From contig JABLTG010000139.1 in assembly GCA_016618085.1 (NCBI GenBank), positions 1 through 54,823 of the forward strand: DNA of 54,823 nucleotides, given 5' to 3'. Below, piece after piece: positions 36,495-48,007 of the stretch; within the stretch, counting starts at the first letter, position 1; each line of letters starts with the position of its first letter. This stretch comes from Neovahlkampfia damariscottae (lineage: Eukaryota). The notes below the pieces were generated by a model. That model saw nothing but the letters and a program-made list of their open reading frames with translations, was not told where the DNA came from and did no database searches. The position numbers and the translations under genes are program-made.

Positions 36495-37910
36495 ATGACC
36501 AACTTTTTGAGGTCTTGGTGAGTCAAAAATTATTTTGAATAACTCTTCAGGATTTTGAATAAAATTCATAAAAACGAACCATCAAAACATTTTGTACAAA
36601 TATTAAGAGTATCAGAGGATGAATCTCATTTTTACATTTCAGATAAATTTCATTTTGTAAAAGCAAAATTCAAAGATGAAGCATCAAAAAAGTTATTTTA
36701 TGAAAAAGAAATTCACCAAAAATTTAAACCATTTAATCTAATTCGAGGTTCAATTGTAAAACTGAGAAAATTCACAATTGAAGAACCAACAACTGAAAAA
36801 GGTGAATACATTTTTGTGATTTCAGAGATTGAATTTATGGGTAATAAAGGTAATGATCAAATAGGAAATCCAAAATCAGTTGAAAAAGAATTACAAAAAC
36901 TTCAAAAACCAAGTAAATTAATTTCTTCAAAACAAGTAGTTATTCAAGAATGTATAATACCACAAGAACAAAAAAATATTTTAGATGAATTATCAAGTTT
37001 AGAAATATCTGAAGAACTGGAAACACCTAATTCATTTGAGGTATTGACTCCAGAAATACCTCTCAAAGTAACCAATCCAATTATACCAGTCAATTCCATA
37101 AAACCGTATCAAGATTTTTCAACGTCAACTTTTTCCTATGAATTTCCTGTAGATTCAGCATCGGAAAGTAATCCAAATCGTCGAAATTCTGATTTTTTCA
37201 TGTCAAATTTATATGAAGATTATGATTTAGATACACAAGATCCATTCATCAAAGACATCAAAATAACATATGAAAATAGTTTTTTTGAAAAAGAAATTGA
37301 TCCAGAAACTCAAGAATTAGAAAGAAATTATTGGAAAAAAAAGGAAAAAATTAATGATGAAGATATGTTGGACATGATAGCCGACAATCCTATTGATTTT
37401 AAAAAAACGGAAGACATAAATATATCACCTATATTAGAAATTAATGATGATTCATTTAATGAAACAATCATTGGAACTCCTGAACATCAGGAAGAGGATT
37501 TGATATCAACTCAATCTCAAGATTTAGGTGAAATGATTTCGTCTCAAGAAGAAATTTCACCACCAATAATTTTTAATTCAAAAACAACTTTTAATCAACA
37601 TAACATATCAATTTCTGTTGAAGAAGAAGAAGATAATTATATTGATGAATTATTGGATGATTCAGAAAATGATGTGATTTTATTATCAAATGATGAATGG
37701 AAAAATAAAAATCAAAAAAAGAAAATGTTAATAATACCTGATTCAGAGGATATTGAAGAATACATTCCAGATCATGAACTGATTCCAAAAAAACGAAAAA
37801 TTTCGAATCAAACATCCAAATTAGTGATAGTTGATGGACCTATAACTAGTAACATAACCAAAAATAACATAATGAGGCAGAATTTCAAATTCATGAGAAA
37901 AAAAAAATAA
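36495..37910 (+). CDS. OB-fold protein, candidate TPP1/Est3 (telomere) homologue, with long acidic disordered tail
   Basis: Intron 36518-36550 yields MTNFLRSWI...VQILRV...ISD..HFVKAKF..EA...RGSIVKL..F...IGNP. Confidence 0.55.
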
Positions 37911-37953
37911 ATTTTTTAACCAATCACAAATTATGTTGCTGACACATGACAAG

Positions 37954-39551
37954 ATGAAAACAAAACTTTTTTTTCTGATAATATTTTTGGTTTTCACTTT
38001 ATCAAAAACGAAAGTTGAATTAATGACAAAATCACAAACACAAAAAGGAAAGTTTGACAACATTTTTTTTCCACACAAAGCATCCATAGCTCGTTATGGT
38101 GTGGTATGGGATTATGCTGTTATTTATGCACCAATATTAAATATAAAATCAACAGCAGGTTCTTTAGATTTCTGTCAAATTGGTGAAAGAACATTCAAAT
38201 CTGCAAACACCACAAGTTGTTTAACTTACTTTTGCTCAAAAACTGAAAAACCAAAATTTATCGAAAATGAAAAAAAACATTGGGAAATGTTAACATTTTG
38301 CACATTATGCTCAAAATCAAACTCAATTTTAGACTTAAATTATTTATATGACAATAAAAAAAATTGTCCTTGGATTGACACCAAAGAAATTTGTGCACAT
38401 GGTTTAAATAGTACACAAGATATATGTGTACCATTTATCACAAGTAGATCAGGAAAAAATCCAGCACCAATGTATTATTACTTTGAAGAAAAAACATTTT
38501 ATTCACAAAAGGATTTTACAACTATTATTTTGACACCTTTCACTGATTTAATAGTTCCTTTTGCTTTAATTATTATTTTTATTCTTTATGTCATTTTCAC
38601 TATTTTGTTTATAATTCTACCACAATACCTTTCAAGTTGTATCAATTGGGAAAAAAATAGAAATTTTTTATACAATATCAGTAATTTTATTAGCTTAAGG
38701 GTAATTATTTTGAAAATGCTTTTTTTTAAAATTCATTTTAGATTTTATCAATTTTTTGGGTTTTAACTTCAAATATGATTGGAATAGTGACTTATTCAAT
38801 TTATGGTATTTTAGTAATTGATGATGATAGAAATAAGTTCATTTTAGTTATTGGTTGGATAACAATGTTACTTTTAGATTTATTTGCTTTTGCAACATTA
38901 ACTGTTTTGTGGAGACACATTTTAAATCAAAGTGATGAATTATCATTAACAAAACAACCACTACCATTGAAAATGAAATTAACATTAACTTTAGTTTATT
39001 TTTTGTTGATCATCATTAGTACTGTTACTGCAGCCCTCAGAATATTGATCACTTATGTGAGAAATGAAATCATCTATCGAACTTATGGTGTTGCTGTAGG
39101 ATTGTTTGGAATTTCTTTGTTTGTTTTATGTATTATTTTTATAATTTTAACTGCTCAACTGTATATTCGCTACGTTAAGTTTCAAACAACTTCATTAGAT
39201 TTTATGAAATTAAGGGTAAAAGAAAATGAAAATTTTAACACAATATTTTCCAGTTCACAAGAAACATGTTTTTTTCAGAAATATTTGGAATTTTTTTGAC
39301 ATTTTATTTCATTTATGTGACAATTATTCAATTCGGAGGACTTGATGTGTTGAGTTATTTTATGGCAATTTCAAGTGATTTGTTTATTATGCTTTGGGTA
39401 AGATAACAATATGTTTTTAATGGAATATTTAAATTAGATTGCGGGGATGAACTTTTTATTATTAGTGATATTATTTGATTTCAAACAAGTTATGTCAGTT
39501 GTTCGTGTGATAAAATCTTTGTTGGTCAAGAAAAAATATCAAGAAATTTAA
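37954..39551 (+). CDS. Signal peptide, Cys-rich ectodomain and about 7 TM helices (GPCR-like)
   Basis: Three introns (from 38701, 39216, 39398) join the ORFs, giving about seven hydrophobic helices. Confidence 0.7.
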
Positions 39552-39681
39552 AAACAAAAAATTGTTAATTATTGTTAAAACATCGGAAAAATAAAAAATA
39601 AAAAATTTAATTGTTATTATCTGATTGGTTTATTTTTTTTTAACCAATTGAAAGAGACGTACTTATAACAACGACTTAGTA

Positions 39682-42600
39682 ATGAGTGACGATTCCACAC
39701 TCAATAACGAAGTTCAAACTACGGATTCTCCGAAACCAAAAATAGGAAAAGAACTAAAATGGAATGAATTTGGAAATGAGTTTTACCTTTCAGCACATAA
39801 AAACCAATTTCCTTCACTCAACGGGACAAAAAAAAAGAACGAAGAAATTTTACAAGATAAAGATGTACCTGGGTTTGTTCAAAAATCAATAGCAATATTT
39901 TCACAAGATTGGAAAGTTGTACACAGAAATCCGTCATTGTACAAACCACAACCTTTAAAACCTGAATTTACATATCAATCTTTAGCTCCTACAGAAAAAG
40001 ATGAAGAAGAAGACCAACTCTCTTTCATTTCAGAAACTAAATCCGACGACGAATCAGAAGATACAACCTCCGCATCTATAGATTTTCCAAAAGAAAGAGA
40101 AAGAAGAGGTTCTTCAACAAGTTCTGGAAATGTAACACCAAAATCAAAAAAACAAGGAGGTTGGCTTGGAATTAAATTCAAACTAGGAGTTGGTGGAAAT
40201 AAATCAAGCGCAAATTTAGCAGCAAGTTTTAGACAACCAGAAGATGAAAAAAAGAAAAATCAAGAACGTCCAAGTTATCCACTTTTATTTGAAAATAATA
40301 AAACAGCAAAAGTTTTAGAAGTTTCAAAATCAATAGAAAAAATTTTACCAGCAGATAGTGAATTTGATGAAAAAAAAGTTGAAGTTCAAAACAATTTATT
40401 AAGTTTATCAAGACCAAATTTTAAATGGTCAAAAACAGAAGAAGTTTTATGTGATAGATATCCATCACAACCATACCCACTCGGAAAGTATTTTATTTTT
40501 TTTTTAACATTTTTGAAAAGAGTTTGTCAATTTTTAGTATCACCAAAAAGTTTTCAATTTGAATTTACATTAAATGAATTATTATTTTGTACAATGGCAC
40601 TTTATGATATCGGAAAAGGAATTAAAGTTTCAGAAGATTTTCATTATTTTATTAATCCATCTGAAGAACCAATACCTGGTAATATTGCAGAAGATATTGA
40701 AAATTCAGATTCCAATTGTTTATTTTCAGTTATTGAGCCTACTATTTCAACTTATTTAGTAATTTCAGTTGAAAGAATTTTATTAGGAAGTTATAATGAT
40801 GGTATTATGCCATATACAAAAAAATTAAGTCAAGCTGATAAATTAAAAATTAAAAATGCATATGCAAAACAAAATGATTTAGCAAAATGTAGACAAACAT
40901 TAATGTGGGGATATGCAAAATTATTTTATCCACGTGATGGTGTAAAAGGTGAAGATTATCCAGATCCATTTGCTGTACCAGGAAAATTAATCACTGGACC
41001 AATTGAAATTAGTCCAATGTATAAAATGCCACAAGAATCAAAAAGAATTGATTATTTAGATTTAATGATGTTTAGAAAAGGAATATCTTCTGAAGAATTA
41101 GATAAAAAATATGGAATTGAAGGATGTTTTACATATAATATTGATTTAATGTATGATTCAAATATAGAAGATGTTAAACAATCAAATGGTACAACAAAAT
41201 TAGATCCATTTAGATTTATAACAACAGAAAAGTTAAATACATCATATAATTCAGTTTTTGAATTCCCAGATCAAGACGCAAAATTACCATTTTTAACATT
41301 TTTTAATAATTTATATATTTATCCACAAGCATTTTGTGCATCAATTAAAGATAAAAAACCATCAATAGCTATTTTAATGGAATTTAAATCAGATGATGAT
41401 TCTTTAAGTGTACCTTCAGAAAAATATTTTACAAAGAGATATTTACCAAAAGAAAAAACTGATTATTCAATTTCTTCTGTTTCTTATGGAACAAAAAATC
41501 CATTTTTTTATGAAGAAATTAAAGTTGATTTACCATTAGTTTTGAATCAAAAACAACATATTCTTTTTACATTTTATAATATAATGGTTGATGATATTAA
41601 ACCAGGTACAATTTCATCATCACAAGAAAATTTAAAATGTCCAATTGGACTTATGAAAAAAGAAATTATTGGTTATTCATTTTTACCAATTTCAGATAAT
41701 GGTTATTTAATAGCAGATTCAATTAAAACATTAGAAGTTCATAAAACATTAAAAAAGAATTATCTTTCAGTTAAAAAGAAAAATGCTGATTTAACAAAAT
41801 CAACATTTGAAGTTCAATTTAAAGTAAATTCAAGTGTATTTCCAAAAGATTTTGCAATTAAGAATTTTTATTGTTATACACATTTTATTGAAAAACATAA
41901 ACCATATTCCAAAGAAATGGATTCATTTCTTAATGGATTATCAAGATCATTAGAACAAATGAATAGATCAAATTATGAAAATGTACTTCATTGTTTACCT
42001 CAATTATTAAATGAATCTATATTTTCATTATTAACAGTTTCATCAAAAACTAAAGATTTAAAATTAATTGATGTTATTCATCAAACTGGATTTGTTGCAT
42101 TATTAGCAATCACAAAAGATATTGCAAAAGACTCTCCAATTGGAAAAAGAAACAAAGATTTAAGCACATTTGTTGAATATCATATGGATGAATTTCCAAC
42201 TCAAAAACCAATGTACATTTTTATGTTAGAATTAATGTCAAAATATTTGGAAATGGAAGAAGAAAAATTAAATGATACAATTGATCAAAAAAAGACATTA
42301 AAAGAAATTACAGATCAACCTGAAACAGTTGTTGATGCTACTGATTTGTTGACTTATTCATATTTCTTTTTTGAAATTATTTTAAAATCAGTTGCAATTG
42401 CAAATAAAAAATCACATCCTTCTTTATATTCAGAAGGTCAATCATCTGGTTGGATAAAAGATTTAATATTATCCAATCAATTTGAAGATGAATTGAAAAA
42501 GTTTACATTTTTATTTTGTGTTCAAATGTGTAATCATTGTGATCCACAAGTTGGTAAAGCTGCAAATCGTCAATTGGCATTATTTATTAGAAGTTTAATT

Positions 42601-44994
42601 CCAATTTTACAATCATCACAAATTCCAGCAATTATTGGAAATTATATTGATTGTTTAGATATGTATTCAGGTTCATTTTTAAATTTCAAAGTTGAATTCT
42701 TTCATATTCTTTTTGATTCAGATAATATTTTACCTTTACTTTCAACATCAGCAAAATCAATTATTGATAGATATGTACCAACTTTATTAAGTTGTATTGA
42801 ATTAGAAACAAATTCAAGTTTAAGAGATAAAGCATTATTTTATTTTGTTGAACATTTAACAAAATTAGATTTTGATTCAAGACTTCAAGAAAGTAAGAAT
42901 TTTATTTCAGATGCTTATTGGCCAATTATTACAAATATTTTAAAAAAAGAAGAAACATTAGAATTTTGTTTTATTAATGAAGGATTAGAGTTCTTTTTGA
43001 TTTCAATTATTTGGTTATTATCAAATAAACAAAATGAAAAATTAATTAAATGGTATCAATCATTACCAATGAATCAAGTGATTAATTTGTTTAAACTTTT
43101 AAATGCGACTGTTGTAATGTTTTCATATCAACCTCCAATGAATAGTACATCATCAAATCAACAACAACAATCAGAAGAAAGTTTTCAAAGTCCACATCAA
43201 AAAAAACCAGACTTAAAAAAATTAGAAGAATCACAAAGAAGAGCTACTGAAACTGTATTTTCAATTAATTCATTAATTGATTTATTATTTAAAAATTCAA
43301 AAGAAATGTTTGAAGAATTTAAAAAAGAACAAAGTTTATTTGATATAATGTCTGCAATTTCTGAATTATTTATGAATCTATTATTAAACAAAGGTCAAAA
43401 CAAAGAACTTTTAACTGTTTTAACCAATCAAAAAGATGGACTTTCAAGATTTGATACTTTTGTTAAATTATCAAATTTTCTTGATTTATTTATATCTGAA
43501 TTAATTGTAACTGAAGAAGATGTGAAAGATATAAAAGTTGGAAAAATATTAGCATTACAAAAATTAGAATCTAATTGGAGAAAATTAGTTGGAGCAACAT
43601 TAGCCAATGTAACACATCCAATTGAAAAAACACATAAAATTATATCAAAATGTTTAAGTTTATTATTAGAACCATATTATTCAGCTGTAAATTTACAAGT
43701 TAAATCAATCGATACCAATGAAACGGATGAATTATTTGATAAAGATGTAATTAAAGCAGGAAGTGTTGAAAAACTTATAAAATATATTTTTGAAAAGAAA
43801 GAAAGAAATTATGAAAAAATGTTTTTATTAACATATTTTTCATTTACAAAACCAAAAGATTTATTAATTACATTAATTTGTTTATATCATGAAAATTTTA
43901 AAAATGAAGATCCAGATAGAATTAGATTATTATCATTTCTTTCTGATTGGGTTAAAAATGGATATCATAATTTTGATAATACAGTCATAGCAATTTTGAT
44001 CAAATTTTTAGATGATGATTTATTAACAACAAAATATAATACAACACAAAATAAAATGAAAAAATATATAATTAATAAATTAGTTGATTGTTTAGAAGAA
44101 AAACAACAAGCAGCAAAAGAACAAAAATTACCTGAAGTACCAAAAGGATTTGATATTGTTTCAATGGCAAAACCAAAAATACCATTTAAACAATTTCAAA
44201 GATTTAAAAAATTAAAAGATTATTCAAATCCATTTGATTATAATTTTAATATTTTAGAATGGTCATCACAAGAATTAGCAATTCAATTAACTTTAATTGA
44301 AATGGATTTATTTAAAAAAATTGAACCAAAAGAATGTTTTGGATTAGCATGGAGTAAATCAAATAAATTAGATTTAGCACCTCATATTGTTGCAATTTCA
44401 GAAAGATTTAACAAAGTTTCAGATTGGATTCAATCAGTTATTTTAACTGAACCTGATGTAAAATTAAGACAAGGTATTTTACAAAAATTTATGGAAATCG
44501 CAAAAATATGTCGTTCAGAAAATTGTTATAATTTTACAACAATTAATCAAATTACATCTGCATTAAATTCTGCTGCAGTTCATCGTTTAAAAAAAACATT
44601 TGAAATTTTATCAAAAGATGATATTAAAACATTTGAAAATCTTTCAAATTTATTTTCAAAACCACCTTATAATGAATTAAGACAAGCTTTAAAAGGTACT
44701 GCAGGTTATCCAACTGTTCCTTTTATTGGTGTTTATTTAACTGAATTAACTTTTATTGAAGAAGGAAATCCAAATTTTACAGAAGTTGGTGATAAAAAAT
44801 TAGTCAATTTTTTTAAAAGAAGATTATTTTCTGAAACTCTTTTAAATATTTCTTTATATCAACAAAATGTTTATCAATATCAAGAATTACCTTATTTGAA
44901 ATATATTCTAACAGAAGAAATTTTTGAAAAAGAAGTTTTTGATGATAAACAATCTTTTGCTCAATCTTTAGTAATTGAACCAAGAAAAAAATAA
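39682..44994 (+). CDS. DOCK-type C2 (DHR-1) plus REM and CDC25 RasGEF chimera
   Basis: ALYD...KVSEDF, NNLYIYPQ, FYEEIKVDLP...HILFTFYNI; then IKAGSVEKLI, FLLTYFSF, LAIQLTLIE..LF..I...E, FN.VS.W, VPFIGVYLTELTFIEEGNP, LVNF.K. Likely in-frame intron 40488-40520. Confidence 0.85.
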   Translation: MSDDSTLNNEVQTTDSPKPKIGKELKWNEFGNEFYLSAHKNQFPSLNGTKKKNEEILQDKDVPGFVQKSIAIFSQDWKVVHRNPSLYKPQPLKPEFTYQSLAPTEKDEEEDQLSFISETKSDDESEDTTSASIDFPKERERRGSSTSSGNVTPKSKKQGGWLGIKFKLGVGGNKSSANLAASFRQPEDEKKKNQERPSYPLLFENNKTAKVLEVSKSIEKILPADSEFDEKKVEVQNNLLSLSRPNFKWSKTEEVLCDRYPSQPYPLGKYFIFFLTFLKRVCQFLVSPKSFQFEFTLNELLFCTMALYDIGKGIKVSEDFHYFINPSEEPIPGNIAEDIENSDSNCLFSVIEPTISTYLVISVERILLGSYNDGIMPYTKKLSQADKLKIKNAYAKQNDLAKCRQTLMWGYAKLFYPRDGVKGEDYPDPFAVPGKLITGPIEISPMYKMPQESKRIDYLDLMMFRKGISSEELDKKYGIEGCFTYNIDLMYDSNIEDVKQSNGTTKLDPFRFITTEKLNTSYNSVFEFPDQDAKLPFLTFFNNLYIYPQAFCASIKDKKPSIAILMEFKSDDDSLSVPSEKYFTKRYLPKEKTDYSISSVSYGTKNPFFYEEIKVDLPLVLNQKQHILFTFYNIMVDDIKPGTISSSQENLKCPIGLMKKEIIGYSFLPISDNGYLIADSIKTLEVHKTLKKNYLSVKKKNADLTKSTFEVQFKVNSSVFPKDFAIKNFYCYTHFIEKHKPYSKEMDSFLNGLSRSLEQMNRSNYENVLHCLPQLLNESIFSLLTVSSKTKDLKLIDVIHQTGFVALLAITKDIAKDSPIGKRNKDLSTFVEYHMDEFPTQKPMYIFMLELMSKYLEMEEEKLNDTIDQKKTLKEITDQPETVVDATDLLTYSYFFFEIILKSVAIANKKSHPSLYSEGQSSGWIKDLILSNQFEDELKKFTFLFCVQMCNHCDPQVGKAANRQLALFIRSLIPILQSSQIPAIIGNYIDCLDMYSGSFLNFKVEFFHILFDSDNILPLLSTSAKSIIDRYVPTLLSCIELETNSSLRDKALFYFVEHLTKLDFDSRLQESKNFISDAYWPIITNILKKEETLEFCFINEGLEFFLISIIWLLSNKQNEKLIKWYQSLPMNQVINLFKLLNATVVMFSYQPPMNSTSSNQQQQSEESFQSPHQKKPDLKKLEESQRRATETVFSINSLIDLLFKNSKEMFEEFKKEQSLFDIMSAISELFMNLLLNKGQNKELLTVLTNQKDGLSRFDTFVKLSNFLDLFISELIVTEEDVKDIKVGKILALQKLESNWRKLVGATLANVTHPIEKTHKIISKCLSLLLEPYYSAVNLQVKSIDTNETDELFDKDVIKAGSVEKLIKYIFEKKERNYEKMFLLTYFSFTKPKDLLITLICLYHENFKNEDPDRIRLLSFLSDWVKNGYHNFDNTVIAILIKFLDDDLLTTKYNTTQNKMKKYIINKLVDCLEEKQQAAKEQKLPEVPKGFDIVSMAKPKIPFKQFQRFKKLKDYSNPFDYNFNILEWSSQELAIQLTLIEMDLFKKIEPKECFGLAWSKSNKLDLAPHIVAISERFNKVSDWIQSVILTEPDVKLRQGILQKFMEIAKICRSENCYNFTTINQITSALNSAAVHRLKKTFEILSKDDIKTFENLSNLFSKPPYNELRQALKGTAGYPTVPFIGVYLTELTFIEEGNPNFTEVGDKKLVNFFKRRLFSETLLNISLYQQNVYQYQELPYLKYILTEEIFEKEVFDDKQSFAQSLVIEPRKK

Positions 44995-45358
44995 AAAAAA
45001 TTGTATATCACAATCAAAAGTTAAAAATAAAAATTTTTCAAAAGTCTCTTTCAATGTTATTGTCTGAAGTACATATTCTTCTATAACAATTTCAAAGAAC
45101 AATTGATTTTGATTCATTTTGAAATTGATCTGTTTTGAAAAGTCGAATTTCCTATTTTGTGGTCCACATTCTCCAAATTAAAATATTTGTCAAAAAAATA
45201 TTGTGCTATATTTTTGTGTAAAAATCAAGAAAAATATATGCCGGTAAATTGATGGTTTTTTGTCCAATAAAACTATATATTTATTTTTAGCTCTCCATTT
45301 CAATTGGTTAACCGTATTTTTTTTCAATTCAACCTGACCTTAAACCAAGAGCAACACA

Positions 45359-46280
45359 ATGCCTCCAACTTTACATTTTGATGATTCTCCTACTATCGAG
45401 AATAGATTATTGATGTCAAACGTTTTTTGGTATTCCAGAGAAGAACCAGAACATGTGGAGAAAATTTTTCAAATTTTTACCGAATTTCTAAAATTAAATG
45501 AAAATATTTCAAAAAATTCAAGAGTACCAAAGAAATTCATCGGCAAAATATGTAGACACATTTTAGGTTCGATCAAAATTCTTATTTAAATTATTTTGTC
45601 AGTTGGCGACAATTTTGAAACGATAAATCAAATTTTTATATACACTCAAGAGAACAAGGCACTAGATTCAGATATGGTTCCAAAACAAATAATTTTGACC
45701 AAATCATCTTGGAACGTTGATGGTTTACCTACTGACATACAAATAATAAAACAAGGTAAACTACAAAAAAAATAAATAACAAATGTTCTCAGACCTTTAT
45801 AAAAGAGAAGGAGAAGATACATATCTTTATTGCTTACCTGAATTTTGTTCAAAAACTTTTCATTTTTTTTCAACTTTACAAAATTTTAAAGTCTGTTATT
45901 CAGATAAATATAATTTTTTGTTGAACAAAGTACAAACACAAATGAAGTCACTTAAAGATAAATATAGTAAATCATGCTGTAATACACCAATTTCACAACC
46001 TATGGTTAAAATTACTTTTTCAGTTTTAGGAGTGTCTTCTCATGATGATGAAGATGATGATGACTATGAAGAAGAAGAAGAAGAAGAAGAAGAGTGGGAT
46101 GATGATGAAGAAGAAGAAGAAGACTATATTGAAGAAGAAGAAGAAGTTAATTATTATTCATATGATTTTGATGAAGGTTGTTCAAAAAAAGCATCATTTC
46201 AAACTGATTATCTTAATGATTTATTGTCACCTATCAGTCCACATCTCAAAAATAATTATCGTGATTTTGATGAATTTTAA
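45359..46280 (+). CDS. Hypothetical protein with D/E tract
   Basis: Two short introns (from about 45567 and 45755) give one open frame. Confidence 0.65.
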
Positions 46281-46293
46281 AAAATCAATGTAC

Positions 46294-47941
46294 TTATAAA
46301 AAATTTATTCTTAAAAATTCAAATAATTCTTGTTTTGTTAAAGTTGTTTTTTTATTTTTTTTTCTTTCAATTATTTCAATTTTATTTTCCTTTTCAAAAT
46401 CTTTTCCTATTAAAATTATGATTGGTGAACCAAGTAATTTAGAATGTTTTAATTTTTGATTAAATTTTGTTTGTCTATCATCCAGTAAAACATTATATTT
46501 TGGATATTTTTGTTCAATTTCTTTTCCCAATTCAAAACTTTTTTCGTAAAAATTTTCTGAAAATGGAACAATTGATATTTTAAAAGGAGCAATAGAAAAT
46601 GGAAATACAATACCATGTTCATCATTTGATGTTTCAATGATTGCTTGAAATGTTCTTGAAATACCAATTCCAAAACAACCCATTTCTAAATTTTCTGTTT
46701 CATTTTTTTCATTCATAAAATTAGCATTCAAAATCTTTGAATATTTTTTCCCTAAATAAAAAACATGTCCAACTTCAATTCCTTTTTTATATTTCAACCT
46801 CTTTTTTTCTTTACAACAATTTTCTTCAAAACAACAAAAATCATCTTCTTTTGAATAAGTGAAGTATCCCATGATATCATTGTTTTGTTCCTTTTCAAAA
46901 ATTGATGATTTATCAATCAATACTTTTTCTACTTTTTCGTTGGTTGGATTTTCCAATAATTCGATAGAGCTCAAATTGAACTCTGATTTAATTCTAAAGA
47001 AATTTAATTCTCTATTTGAATCAAATTTGATTTTATAAACTCCTTCTTCATTATTTTTATTTTTTATTTTTAAATATTTTTCAACAAATGAGTTTGATTC
47101 AATTGATGAAATTCCTTTTGATTTTTCAATATTTGAAGAGTATTTTCCACATTCACATTGAAGAATAACATCTTCTCCAACTTCTGAAATTACTTGAAAT
47201 TCATGTGATTTTGAACCACCAATGTTTCCACTATCAGCTTCTACTGCCACAAAATTCAATTCAAATTTAGAGAAAATATTGACATAGGAATTATATATTT
47301 TTTCATATGTTTTATAAGCTAATTCTTGAGATGTATCAAATGAATATGCATCTTTCATTATGAATTCACGACATCTTAATAAACCATGTCTAGGTCTTGC
47401 TTCATCTCTGTATTTATTTCCAATTTGATAATAACAAATTGGAAATTTTTGATAGTTTAATAATTGTGATGATAATAAATCGGTTATACACTCTTCATGT
47501 GTTGGTGCTAAGCAAAATTCATGATTTTTACGGTCTTTAAATTTTATCAACTATTTTGGTAAATGTTAAATTAAAAATTACTTCTGGACCTGTTGTCTCC
47601 CAACGAGATGTCTTTTTCCATAAATTAGAAGGTAATATTTGTGGCATTATAATTTTGTGACAATCAACAGAGTCCAATTCTTCAGAAATAACTTTTGAAA
47701 TATTTTCAATTGCCTTTGTAGCAAAAGGAAGTAAAGTATACATACCAGATGAAGACTAAAATAAAAAAACAAATCGATTTACCTGGTGAATTAAACCCGC
47801 TTTCAATAACAATTGATGACTTTTTATCTTTATTTGATCTTCTTTTGGTTCATGTTCCATTATTGGAAGAAACATTGATTTCATTGATGTGATATATCTT
47901 TTTGTATCATTAAAACAACTTTTCAAAAAAATTTTTTTCAT
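46294..47941 (-). CDS. PARS2: Prolyl-tRNA synthetase, bacterial/mitochondrial type
   Basis: SHQLLLKAGLI, LAPTHEE, YQIGNKYRDEARPRHGLLR.REF.MKDAYSFD, GIEVGHVF.LG, MGCFGIG.SR. Two introns. Confidence 0.95.
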
Positions 47942-48007
47942 CTCTGTAAAAACAACTTCTTTTGGAAGGATATTTTGTCCAATCAAATCAATTGTTCATT
48001 TACAACG

